A stretch of DNA of 63,287 nt, counting the filler, from Phoronis australis (Eukaryota > Animalia > Phoronida), in assembly GCA_002633005.1 (NCBI GenBank). It is 7 parts of 7 records of this genome, joined end to end, with 100 filler letters (N's around TTAATTAATTAA, not from the genome) between each part and the next. Parts side by side here need not be neighbours in the genome. Positions count along the whole stretch, not along the records: positions 1 to 21,757 come from NMRA01000644.1; 6 more parts are not named here. One strand, 5' to 3'. A program made the position numbers and the translations under genes. The stretch's first letter is position 1, and each line of letters begins with the position of its first letter. Below the pieces are notes generated by a model. It did no database searches, was not told where the DNA came from, and saw only the letters and a program-made list of their open reading frames with translations. Positions 1-12,680 of the stretch are shown here, piece by piece.

Positions 1-176
1 AGAAGCACCCTTTTTACGCAATCTCAGATTCAGTTGGTACGGCTGCAAGGCATTTCACCATGTATTTAAAGGGCTCGCGAAATCGAGGCTGTTAATCTAT
101 CACCACTAGTACACGCACGCCCACTAGTTATTGTAGATTTTCCGAATAGCCCCATTAGAGCCGTTGCTTTAAAAGC

Positions 177-289
177 TCACTCACAGTCACAAAATCGGCC
201 AGCGCAGACTCCGGACGTGTAGCCAGCACTTTTGCACTCGGAGTCGCAAGCCTGACTCACACAACCTCTGCGGAGTCTTTGCGGCATAG
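177..289 (-). CDS. Prepro-defensin (CS-alpha-beta), exon 2: end of propeptide plus mature peptide
   Basis: Acceptor ctatttcag (cag = 292-290). The phase-1 exon reads (A)MPQRLRR-GCVSQACDSECKSAGYTSGVCAGRFCDCE-TGA (stop 179-177). Six Cys spaced C-x4-C-x3-C-x9-C-x4-C-x-C, a GxC gamma-core motif, and an RLRR furin-type site directly before the mature region. Confidence 0.88.
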
Positions 290-530
290 CTGAAATAGAG
301 GACATTTTTCACTAGTAAAATGCGGTCGTAGTTCATTCTTATCATTCTAACGGTAATTGTGAGCAGTTTCACCCAGGGCTGAGGTTAGGGGGGGGGGTTG
401 CGACGTTGGAATAACACGACCACAATGTAAAAAGTGACCGAAACGCAGCTTGTTGCATAACACTGTTGGAAGGCGTACTCCGGGAAGGAAAGCCAGAATT
501 ATATCAAAAGGACAGATGACTATCAAATAG

Positions 531-665
531 CAGGGATGAATCCAGGATTTTGAATTAGGGGGGCCAGGAGTTTTCCCGTCAGACATTTGCACCCTGAACT
601 GTCAATGGAATCTGAGAAAAATTTAAGGGGTCATGGCACCCTTGGCCCTCTGTAAGTCCGTCGTG
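531..665. mobile_element. Degenerate short MITE (CAGGGGCGGATCCAG-type termini) in the defensin intron
   Basis: Starts cagggatgaatccaggattttgaattagggg and ends gggg-tcatggcacccttggccctc-tgtaagtccgtcgtg, the same G-run architecture as the other CAG-ended elements in this window. TIRs are decayed. Confidence 0.4.
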
Positions 666-2603
666 CAGTTCGTGAAGGATAAGTTCACTACCAGTCTTCA
701 CGATTACACTGAGAACTTCCAAAATTGCCTCTGTTGCCGTTAATGCACAGCAGTTCCATAATAAGAGCTGTTGTATAAAGACCATGGAAGGACGACTGAA
801 ATGATGAGAATATTTTTCGACGCTTTGTGTGTTCAAAATGCGTTTTGAAAAGTTAATACTTTTTTCTATTTTCTTCTTTTTCAGCGATTCACTGTGCAGA
901 CTGGTTACTCTGGTAAAATACAGTTAGGATTGTGTTGGATATGTTATGAGTACTCTCTTTTGTGGCGATGTCACTTAGAAGAGCTGACTGATCCTGTCAC
1001 TCTTTACGTAGCTATATCCTCATGTCACAGGAAGGAACAGTAACGAATAAAGGTGTCCCTATTACACGGGGAGATAATGGAATCTGCGACGGAGATTTTT
1101 CTGTTTGCGTTTTAGATTTGTGGTGTACGTGGATGGAACCGCTCTATTTGGGGGCTGAACGCTTAGATCTTAACACCACGAGAAAATACCATTGTAAATT
1201 TGGGAGTCAATTAATTAAATTCTTGCCACTCGTCAAAAAAGTGAGTCGTGAAAGTAAACCAGTGAACACTTCCTGTTTCTATGGTCGGGAGGTAAACCAT
1301 AGGTATTTTTTGGCTTACGAAACCACAACATTAATTTATCTCAATTTGAAGATGGTTGATTGTTCACCATTTTTTACCTGGCGAAGTTGTGGTCAAAGTA
1401 GCCTACCATTAGTAATTATAGAATTTGTTACCAAATCACATTTTCATTAGTATATGGTCACTTTACGTTTTATACCGTAGGCGATGGTCACTGAGGGTTA
1501 TTATTTGGATATTCGTGATATGCAAAAGTATTTGTAGGAGGGCGAAGCCCGAGTTCAAATGTGCTTGCATGTCACCAAATCTGTCGCTGATGAGTGAAGC
1601 GACGATGTTTTTTTTAATTCTTTGTTAAAATCAATTACCTATTTTAATCATTAATTGTTGATTTTATTTTAAATTTAAAAAGAATTGAGCAGAGTGGCAT
1701 TGGAATTTTTTTAGTGTTGGCGTAGGAATTTTGTTAACAATAGATGTCGTGTCAGGCTTAGTGTAGGTACTTTTATATGTTTTTGTCATAATTTTCATTA
1801 CTTTTCAGGGTATAGAGTGAGTCATAGTCAACTGAGCTTTTGTTTCGCTTTTTATCCAGTATTTCGTTTCGCGTTTGTTTAGAACACCAGCAGAGAGTAT
1901 TGGGATGTTTTGAAGCCAAAAACACCTCTTGGTTCATTGTGCTTCAGTAGCTAATGTACCATAAGTTCAATCAATTATTATTCAATCCGATTTCACGTTT
2001 TAAAGACAAAACATTCCCGTGGGCAGGTGCTGGCTATCTGTAGAAGAGCTGACATGGAAACTAGTTCTTTTGTATCGCACCATGCCGTTTGATAACTCCA
2101 TTATCACACGCCTGTATCAACACGTGTGTTTGATAATGGGCTTTAAAATATAACCACGCCCTTCAGATCTTGAATTGTGAATTCGAGTAACAAACAATGC
2201 ATACAGGCATCATTTTCGAATCTGCATTTGAAATCCCAGTCAACTCTGAACTCGTTTTTGAGTATTTGATGGCGTCGATATTTTGTTGGAAGCGGAAATA
2301 GAATTCCATAGCGGTCAGAAATATTCTGAGACTGATTTGGTTAGAGTGAAAGTCCGAATTCAATTTCTGTTTGGCCATCTAAACTGTAGGATGGAATGCA
2401 GTTTTAAATTTGAAGAATTACCAAAATATGTATTCACGTCCTGAGCTCAACCAGGCTCACGTTCTGCGGACGCAAAAACTAGCAAAAACGCAAAATCTTG
2501 CGAGAAATCGCCAGGTTTTACAAGAACTGCACGTGATCATTTTAAATTCACTTGCAAGTTTTGGCGGAAATAGACCCAGAGCACTGACAGTTATTTTTCT
2601 CAC

Positions 2604-2685
2604 CTTCGTCTTCGCCATCTACCGACACCGCGTGGAGGCAGCCTACAGCCAGCATCAATACAATGAATACCGCAACGCACTTCAT
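2604..2685 (-). CDS. Prepro-defensin exon 1: signal peptide plus acidic propeptide
   Basis: ATG at 2685 gives MKCVAVFIVLMLAVGCLHAVSVDGEDE plus 1 nt, then donor AAG|gtgaga. Hydrophobic signal-like segment. The phase-1 end joins the 289-177 exon in frame to give a 64-aa precursor. Confidence 0.82.
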
Positions 2686-3396
2686 AATTCTAGTTTCCTG
2701 TAATTCAGCGTCAGATGATGTTACTGGGAAACAAGTATATAAAAAGCGAACCAAGTATATGACATTCAAACAAAGAGTGACTAAACGTTCGCAAACCTTT
2801 CATTCATCTATAGAACATTTACCCTTCCGTATTATCTCGTGGAAACTTAAATATATAGGGATATGCAGTCTTCTGTACACCCTCTACCGTAGAGGTCTAG
2901 ATACGGTTAAAGACTAAAGTATCTGCACGAGTCTCTGAGAATTGCCTAACTCCATCTTGTGAAATAGGTCTTACAACTTAACAACAATCATTTAGTAGGA
3001 AATGCGTACCTTGCGTATCTTTAGCTTTTATGTTTTAAAATAACAACTTAAAAGTTGCAATGTTACAGCAAAATAAGTCGAAGTATTTTTCTGGTATCTT
3101 ACAAGTTGGGTTTTGTTTCTTTACATAAGAAAGCCAACTTATTCAGCACAATTCTTGACCACTACGAGCTAATGGTATTTGAAGCTGATGACGCACAGTA
3201 AACATGAGGGTGACGTTCTGAACAATCGCCATCAAAAATGAACCAGCTGATTCATGCCAGTGTAAAATAACCTTCTGGAAAGATGGTATTTCAGTGCCTT
3301 TCGACGTAGATGAAGAAACTCCAGTAGATTTATACGATTTGCCTCGTCAGGAGGAAGCAACTAGAAACTCCCATGATTCAACATGGGATTCCTACT

Positions 3397-3738
3397 AAAC
3401 AGCGTATCTGGGACCCCTGAACGCACTTTTTCAAACTGACAAACACCGTTTAAAAGAACTCAAACATTATTATTTCAACGCCATTTCCCCTTACCTGCTG
3501 TACGCAAAGAGTTTGACAAAGTCCTCTCAATCACAAGAAACGAATCTTTAAGAACTAAAATGAAAGATAATACTATTAATAGAATACCTTTTACAAACAC
3601 GTTCAATCCATGTTTTAAACAGAATTAGCCACGTCTTCAGAAAACATTCTGCATATTTCACCCCAAGTTAAATATCTATTTCCACCTATAATTTATGGGA
3701 GAAAATGTAAAATCCTAGACAATATTTAGTGTGAGCGA
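3397..3738 (+). mobile_element. Penelope-like retroelement fragment (RT C-terminal/linker region), decayed
   Basis: Frame-broken translation ...FPLPAVRKEFDKVLSITRNESLRTKMKDNTINRIPFTNTFNP...ISHVFRKH...PIIYGRK...RQYLV*A matches the recalled PLE pattern R.PF..T..P...I..I.RKH...P.I.Y.R..NL...LV.A. Confidence 0.65.
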
Positions 3739-6560
3739 ATATGGACAATAAAAACCAAACTGACTTGTTGAGTGTGCTAGCACTACACGTACGTGCAACA
3801 AAATCCGGCAATTCCATTAGACACTATCGGTTTTACCTGATATATTTAGCTTCATTTTCTTCGTATAGGAGCTTGACCACGCTGCTTTTGGTATTGGAGA
3901 CGTCCAACACGAATAGGAAAGATCAATCAGAATCGGCATATCTAATAAAAGCTTTACTGACGCTTCATGGCAATCGCCGTCCGAATCAATCTAACCATGA
4001 AGCCTATAGCATGGAAGCTAAATTCGTAGGCCTACCGCATACATAGAACTCATGCTTAATATACATTGCATTTTATCGCAACAAAGTTTCTCTTGTTTAA
4101 TGCCATAGTGTGGAAGAGCACTGTTTTTGTATGGTTTACAGAAAGGATTCAGGTACATAGACTGAAGCAGAAATAAAGAATTATTCTTGACTGTATATTT
4201 TAAATGACATGATGTGGCAATGATGCATACCGCCAATTACCTTCAGTTTTTGGGTGGGAAGTGTACTATTACATGTATTTTCATTTCATATATTAGTGAC
4301 ATGAAGGAGTATTGATTACCCAAATACAGCTTTTACTGTCTGCAGTATTGGATTTCGATGTTTGTTTTACATAGTGTGTTGGTGCGACGAGTTGAAACTT
4401 GCACATGTATACTTATAATGTACAGTGTAGGCAGAATCACAAGTTTTAAGAATTTCAAAAATATTTTTTTCATTTTGATAAACATCAAGTAAGTGTTACA
4501 TGAGCGGTACGCGAAAACCTATTGAACGGCTTTTTTAATGTGTATTGCATCACAATGCTTCATCGAATCACTTTTCAAATAATATTCTAGAAAGTTGCTA
4601 CAAAGTAAAACGCGAGATCTGTGGCGTCTATTCTTCAATCAGTGTTCATCTTGCCTCCTAGCTTGCTGTTACAATAGAAAGTTTTTTATGCTTGCTAAGA
4701 GTCATTTGCTTGGAGTATATATGTAACATGAAAACTCTAATGACCCCGTCATGCATAGCATTTCCATTGAAATTATGATGAAAAACTAGCCAGAAAACCT
4801 AGATTATATTCACCATTAATAGAACACTTAATGCTCCGAAACCAGTGGTAGAACCCCAAGACAGTGTTCTATAACAGTAACTATAACTCTCCATCAGCGC
4901 GTTCGGCCACGCTCATTCGATACGATTCGTAATTGTCCGTACCATGTTGTAAAAAGCACATATAACCTAAACTTAAGAAAGGTTTTCCCTCCAAATGGAA
5001 CCTTCGTCTTTTCTTAACGAGTTTTATGGAGCTGGACTTGTTTTTCACCAGCCTTAAATCATGCAGCCGTATTTAGTGAGCATTATATATCTTACCTTCA
5101 CAATCACTCAACACCACTGATGTGAGTACGCTGTCTGGAAAAATCCATAGACGATGATTGTATTTAAAGGATTATAAAATCCTCCTCTAATTTTTGATTG
5201 GCTGATACTTGGAACATTACTCTTTGTCTAGGACACACGCTGTTTAACCAATCACGAAACATATCATTCTACCTTGAACGATTTAAGATTTTCTCGACGT
5301 TATGCTTTTCACCGCTTCGTAAGGTTTTGTTACAAGTTCGAACTTGTCACCCAAGCGAGAACCCTCCTAGTGTCAAACACACGCGCTTAACTGTGTAGGC
5401 CTATCGTATTAGCTGCGCTAGATAAGTTGGTCATGTTTGTAGAGTGCCTTATTGTGTTGCTCGTGTTGGAAATTTGGGGCTCCGAAAAAATATTGAATTC
5501 TGAGCTGGTTCAAAGTGTATCACAAATAGGCAAGTAATCGTGTTTGCGGGAATTACTGACAAAGAAATTGAAAAAATAGATCTTATTTGACCTTGTACAT
5601 GTAAATACTGTGAATCGTGCAAAGCTTTGATTTATTTATAGCCAAGATTGATTATGTTTTATAAACTTGTGTCTATGAACGATTTCAATCATCATTCAAC
5701 TGAGAAATTTATCCAATCAGCGAGGTGCTAGGACTAGTTCGTGGTATCAATTATGCATAATCGACAATTTCATAAGTACATGCGATAGCCCAATTTGCTT
5801 TATATATTTTCAAAATATGGTTAACCCACCAAATTTTTATCGCACATTGATATTACTTTATGAAGTAGTGGACACGGTAGCGTCATACTTGGACAGACAA
5901 ACATTTTATTGAACGACCTGTGCGTATTCCTTTCGGAATGGTGTGCAATTTATTATTCGAAATAAGGAATTTTAAAAATCTTTTCATGTTATGAGGCAGC
6001 ACGACATCAACGATCTGTCATTTTGAGGGCGCGTTGTGTGTTATGGCTATAGACATTCTATCGCCATTCATGTAAGGACTCGGCTTGCAAATTTATTTCC
6101 TCGCTGTTACCTTCAATAGGGTTGGCTGAATTTTATTTTTTGTTATTCTCTTATGGAAAGTCTCTCGGAAATTTATTGGATATTTTCTTAACTTTAAAAA
6201 GTGCATAAGAACTTTTTTCAGTCTATATTTGCCGGCCGGGTTGAACACCAAAATCCAGATCCTGGAAGTCACGGGTCAGCCGCTTTGAAGTATAATTCAG
6301 AGTGATAACTCAAACATTAAATAGCAGAGAATGAATTTCTTATATTCTTAATTTTGGCCTGGCAAGCATGCCCAGTCTACTTTAAAATGTTTATGATTTA
6401 CGAATGTAGGCACAAAAATGATATTTTCGAGCTAGACGTTCACAGTATAGTTTGCTGGGATGATATACAGACCGTTGACAACAGCCAGTTCCAACATAGT
6501 GGAGCACCAGGGTAGTCAAGACGATGAATTTGGGATTACGTGGCTGCATTTCGGCTGGTG

Positions 6561-7345
6561 TCCACTTAATTACAGCTATTCGTAATTTAATTAATTATTC
6601 NTGATAAATTTGGTCGTCGTTTGCTTTTGTTTTCGAGTCACTCGACATGTCACACTGTTGCTGCGTACCAGGATGTACTCATTATGGCCCAAAGCTTCTT
6701 AGCAGCCCTTCTGCGATGTTGAGTGATGGGAGTGAATACAGGCCCAGTTTGTCGTTAAATGAACACATCGGTGAGCCAAACTTTGATAAGTTTATTATGG
6801 ACTTGTCTAAAGTATTAGAGCTATTTAAAACGTGCCAGGTGACTGGCGAGGGTGTAAGCAGTTTGTGTGTTCAGGTCACTGTACAGTGCGAGCGTGTCGC
6901 GGGACACTTGGGCATGTGCGACAGCTGTCCCTCTGTCCGTGAGACAATAATGAGTACATCCCGGTACGCAGCAACAGTGTGGCATGTTTTTTTATATCTG
7001 GATATCTTAAAAACTGTAAACTAAGACATCAATAATATTTAACACCTGAAGCAAAAGGTGGGTCATTTTTTCTTCAATTTCTATCTCTTTCTTGATTACC
7101 CTGGAAACAGACTTGGACATATTTGACAATGATGTTGTCACTGGCCCTGACCAAAGTTATCCTAGTTGAAAACTAACATGGCCAAGAGGTGTAGTCACTG
7201 TTATGAGCCAAATGTACATTCTAATATGCTGAAAAAATAAATGACAGAGTAATATTACACAGGATAAGTCTGGTCATTTGTTGCAAAACCATAAGTATGG
7301 TACCATTCATTCACAGCGGAGGGCCTCTGAAGTTTGCTTAAAACA
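6561..7345 (+). pseudogene. Decayed Kolobok transposase with THAP-like start
   Basis: ORF 6647-7024 begins MSHCCCVPGC (THAP-like), then KFIMDLSKVLELFKTC...VTVQCERVAGH...DSCPSV...AATV, resembling the Kolobok N-terminal KFI..S.LLELF..C...C..GH...W.SQP...AA. Broken RC-S...AK-CTF (~7187-7221) and EGL*SL (~7318-7335) remnants follow. A 28-bp upstream motif is shared with the KolX locus at 35311. Confidence 0.6.
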
Positions 7346-9024
7346 TGCAGCTGTCCACAGTTGATTTACTGAGCCAGTATTGTTCAAGGAAATTGAAGTG
7401 TATACACAAGTGATTAATTGTCTTTGATATGCCTAATGACTATCCTCATGTATTCTCAAACTGGCTATCTGAGTATCTTATTAATTAAAAATATTTTATC
7501 AGCCATCACACTGCCCTTGTTCTAGTAAGTCAGTTTAGTATAGCTACATCTGGTATTGAGCCTGTGACGATCCAAATGTCACTGAGCCACGTGAAGCTAT
7601 ATCCAACTAGGGTTTTAAAGGCTGTGAAGAACATTTTGAGTCAGTCACCATTCACCAGTGAGTTTGGCTATAGATTTGCCCAGGTCAGTATTTTCCTTCT
7701 TTCTGTTGCTACTGAGCAATTGAAACGTTCTGACAAATTTTGCTCCAGTAATCCTTTATATAAAGCTACAGAAAAGCGAAAAGACCATCAATGGGACTAT
7801 AATTAATACACCCAGGTCTGCCAACTCTGCTAATATACCCCGGCATAACTTCCAATACAGCAAATGGTTACATACTATTCATATATACATGAGAGAATAT
7901 GTATGTGGTTAACATGAAATTGAACTTTTCGGATTCAAAACGGTTTTTTGTTGTAAAAATTATGAAAGTCATGGTTTACACCAGTGTTTGCATTATTGCA
8001 TGACTGCTTGTTTAACTGTGAAATGATTCATTCATGAACTTGAGAGGGTATGTGTGTGACCTGCAGTTTTCTGTAATATATACAAATTTATATGACTGTC
8101 TTCAGTCCAGCCTGACAACTCAAGCAGTCTCTTTGAATTAAGTCTCGGTTTTTTGTGACTGAGTTTGTAGACTTTCAAAGTTTGTCATTTTCTTTAAGTC
8201 CCATAAATTATTTATTTAAAATATAGCTTTACTTAGGAGAAGTTTAAAGTGCTGCTAGGAAATGATGTGCTTGAAAGTTACTAGCTATTCATGCATCAGG
8301 GCCACTGGTGATACACTAAAGTTGACTAGAGCTGATATCAGATTGTGTCATAATTTACTTGCAAAGTTGGCCCATTGTATCTGCAAATCTTCACTAGCCA
8401 CTTTCTTATTAATTGTTAGTCAGTAAGATAGTGATGAAACGACATTACTTTGTTTCTTCTGTGGTTATTTGTGCAGCAAGAGACACAGCAATGTGTAATT
8501 GTTTATGTAAAAATTCACTGTAAACAGACAGCTTCTTATAGAAAGGTCAGTACTAGCCTCCTTCTGGGATTGGAATGTGAGTCATGGATAAATTTTGAGA
8601 AAGGCCTATTGCCCCTAACAAAACTAGGTGTAAAATGTGTAACTTTATCAACGATAGCAATTTTTCCAGTCTTCTCAAACCAATGAAAACTTTGAAACAA
8701 AACATTATTCTGATTGCAACACCAGCAATATTATTTACCTTATAACTTGTAAAACAATGTTCTATCCAATACGTAGGACAAACAAATTTTTTACGCAAAA
8801 ATGTATCACATTCAGTACACCATATCTTAAATGTCAATTGTCATATAATGTTTGATTTTACTTTATTTCTGTTTCTGTTGACAAAGGACGTTATTACATC
8901 CCAAAATTTCAGTTGATCCATTCTTGTTGTTTTATTTACCTATTTATATTCTACATTTCGTGAAACAATAATATCCTTGGGATGATCTGGGTCGCCTTAT
9001 TTAGTTTCACATTTGTTTTCTACG

Positions 9025-9540
9025 TTAAAGATATGCGGAAATTTTCATGGCTCCTTCTTCTGAGCGACATTTACCAGGAGAGAGCGTGACACCAGAGTCG
9101 GATACAGTTGCTACATGTATGACCGCATTGTCCGGTGCGGGCATGACCCAGTTAAGTGTAACTAACGGAAAATAAACTGTAGTAAACATCTCTGCCTCTA
9201 TATAATGGCGAATTTTCAAAATGGATTAACCAAAATTTTTCGTTAAATACGACGCTTTTCATTTGAAAAAACAACCAAGTATGGTTTTCAATTCTTAAAT
9301 ATCGATGAACTAATAAGGTAAAACATTTGGTCCATTTACCAACGCTGATCAGAGGTAACATATCACATATCGAGACAGTAGTGCTAACTATTACCTTTCC
9401 AATTCATTAGATCAGATCTACATGTACATCGATACAAAGGGCGTGCTGAATAAGCATCATAATTGTTGTCTGGGGCTAACGGAATATGAGCGGTGACCAG
9501 TGTAAACGAAAAGTTCTCCACAGGAGTATGTACATGTAAG
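9025..9540 (+). mobile_element. Dispersed repeat with TTAA|AG terminus (Kolobok-like non-autonomous element), copy 1
   Basis: Begins ttaaagatatgcg. Homologous in reverse orientation to 27900-29050, e.g. aaactgtagtaaacatctctgcc, gagacagtagtgcta.ctattacctttcca and gttgtctggggct are shared. Confidence 0.65.
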
Positions 9541-11534
9541 CGACGGAAGCCGGAGGGAGTTAAATTAAGCCAACGGATTCACGTCCCCCAGACCGTTGAG
9601 CAGACGGAGCGCGAAACTGGTCCCCTCCCACTGCGTCTGCGAAAAAACGGCTCGCAAGAGAAATTAGAACAAATTGAATCAAAATAGGGGGCTGGTGCAT
9701 TACCTGGGACCAAGGCGCTGCCGAACGGGGACAACGAAGGTCTGTAGTGGAGCGGGATAAGCGGAGTTTGTGCGAACAATACGTTTTGTAAAGGCTAACC
9801 GATAGAACCTGCGATCAAACGTGAGGCTCCTACATGCACAGCAGCGCATGAAAATAAAGTGTAAATTGATCACGAGCAATTGCGCACGTACGTAGCAGTA
9901 CTCCAACCACACTGCAATAAATAATAGTGACACCGAACCCACTACCAACATTATGCCAATACCAGCACAACTGCTAATGGTAATGAAATGTCAATTGTTT
10001 TCTTTTAAGTACACGTATACCGTATACATGACAGTCCTCCAACAACACTGTGATCATAAATTAATGTGGCATAGAACACGAAAACTAAAATGCAACTTCA
10101 AAGTGGCTATCTGCAACTGAAACGGTTGTGAACTCAATAACCCCATTGACTGTCCTCTTTAACTGTATCTTCTGTTTCCAGACGTAAAGATGATGATATC
10201 ACTGATTCTTTCAAAAGTGGCTTTCAATATGCAACCATTGTAGGACGATTGCTCCTCACAAAATTTTGAAAATTGAAATACAGGGCCTCTCAAAAAATGC
10301 TATCACTTCAGTTGCCACTGTCGAAATGCTGAAATACTAATATAAATTTGACCAATGAATCTAAACGTTCCTGGGTTTTATTTATGATTTCCCAAATTCA
10401 AAATTTTTGGCAGTGTGGACCTGGAGCTCTCGCAAAACTGATTACAGCACACTACGATTATTACCAAGGTAGTTGGTTTAGTTGCTCTCATTATGTCACT
10501 TAGACTGACGCATCTGGGGGTTGTTTACCAAGCCACACAACAGGGGCTGTCTCGTTTACGTATAGTAATGGGTCTATTGTTTTCACGTCTTTCCCCGTGT
10601 GTGCGTGGGCGCAGGTGGTTACCAACCGGTGCTAATAGCTTTCGGTGCAACAATAGACTTAAGACGCGTTCGAGTTGATTACTTTATTAACCTTGACAGT
10701 ATGTTCACAAGCCTACTCAATCAAAATGACCGACTTAATGTCTGTTTTATGCTCCAGCCAGTGCTGCGAAACATTGACTTGTGATGAACTTCTGAGACAC
10801 TTCCAACAGATGTTACACTTGTTGATTCAACAACCGCTGTTTGTGTAGATGACAGGATCATGCATACGATAAGAGGAGGCTCTATGTTATTCATAAACTT
10901 TCGTGCGTGGTGGCTACATCAAAGGGTAACAACTGATTTTATAAATGAATACCTATATCTAAAAGCACAAAAGTCTACCTCTACAACTTAAGTAAGCATC
11001 ATGTAGGCCTACATAGCAACGAGAGAACTCCAAAAATAGTGTGCGTGAATGCCTTAAACTCGGCATAGAAACCAAACAGCAGAAAATTGAGATTTCTTAT
11101 TCTGCTATTTTGTTTTAATTGCTAACATAGTACTGTAGAATTGTAGGCATTTTGAAATTTTGAATTGAAAGTGATCGTCAAATATACATATATGTTGTAT
11201 ATCCAGTGTCCACTTTACTTGTGGATTGGTGGATTGACATCCATGCGTGTACACGTGTGTGCGTTTCTATTCTATTAAATTCAGTGAGTTCATTACAGGC
11301 AGTCCTCTGTCATGCTCAAAAATCAAACATTCAGCTGTCATGTTTTCTTGCAGTGAGAATATCCTGTCGAAGATTTTCACCTTATGATGGAAACGTAGGC
11401 CTAGACCTCAACTTTGGTCAATGAAAATCTCTAGTCAATCAATGTCAATGGTGCACAACCCTGCAGACTTCATACAGCTACAAACTTGATAGAAAAGATT
11501 TGCAATTTTGCATGTCATTATGACGAAAGTTCAA

Positions 11535-12080
11535 CACTCCGAAGGTCCAGTTACTCCGAAGGTTTGTTACCTTTTAAAGTTCACTTCTTTGAATTTCTAA
11601 TATTCCAAAACCAGGTTGGTGTCTGTAATCCTTGTACTGCAAACAAACTCCAAATTATTTGTGGCATTTTCTCTCTTTTGTGTGAACTCAAGATATGTGG
11701 TAATCAGACTGTGGACGGATAAATATAGGTTATGCATATGAGTTTCTAGTACAAGTTTGCACTTGAAGACCCTTACATTGATGCTACAAACTCGATTAAA
11801 AGCTCGAAATTTTGAGTTCAAACCCTAACTTATATCTTTAATGTTGGTTGTATCAACTGCATACTAGGATTTATAAGTTATCCCAGTAAGTCTTTACTTC
11901 TTAAAGCATAGAATAATAGACACTTATCTTGAATTTGCACCAAAGTGTATAAAAGGTTACAAATCGCATGTGAGTTTGGCAGTTTAGCAGTGAACCTTCG
12001 GAGTAATGAATCTTCGAAGTAGTGAACCTTCGGAATAGGGAACCTTTGAGGTGTAAACCTTCAAAATAGTGGGCTGTTAA
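11535..12080. mobile_element. Foldback-type MITE with inverted subterminal tandem repeats
   Basis: Left ctccgaagg units (11535-11565) are inverted relative to five ~16-17-bp gtgaaccttcggagta-type units (11990-12070). Confidence 0.55.
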
Positions 12081-12680
12081 CTTTTCCATCGATGTAAGCA
12101 ACTTAAGTAAAACGCTAAAATACAACAAGAAAAAAACTATTTTTTCTATTAAGCCATTAGCTGAATAAACTTCATATTTCCGACTGAGTATGCAATGAGG
12201 TGTATCACTAGTTAAAGCATGGCTGATTTGAAAATTTGGCGTGAGATAATGAACGTTTTCGTCCTGGATGACAATACATCCGAATTAGTGTTCCGTTCTT
12301 TGCCAGCAACCGTCACAGCATCCTGATTTCTGGTATTACAAATTCCGTCTCATCTCATTACAGTGAACATGGAGCCGACAGTCATCGTTGTGTATACAGA
12401 TTACACCCCTCCCCCCTCCCCCCTAATTAAGATCAGTTAAAGGCCTTGCCAAAAACTCTACAGTGCCGACGTTTACACCGTTCTTGTTATTCGAACTACA
12501 CCCGCTCAATGTTGGCTACGGGCCTGAATAGGATATATGCTTTTGAGTTGAGAGAGAGAGGCGTCCAATAAAGAGTCGCCCTTCATTGGCCAAAGCTCTG
12601 CTTGCTACTGCCCCACGGCTGAACATGTCTGTAAAGTATCTTTGGTTGCATGGAGAATGTTGCTCGTCTTTAGTCAGTTG

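Noticed and set aside
187-372. 61-aa ORF from the track
   Set aside because: Overlaps defensin exon 2 in a different frame; no independent coding signal.
1022-1450. 142-aa plus-strand ORF
   Set aside because: No recognisable motif; lies antisense within the defensin intron.
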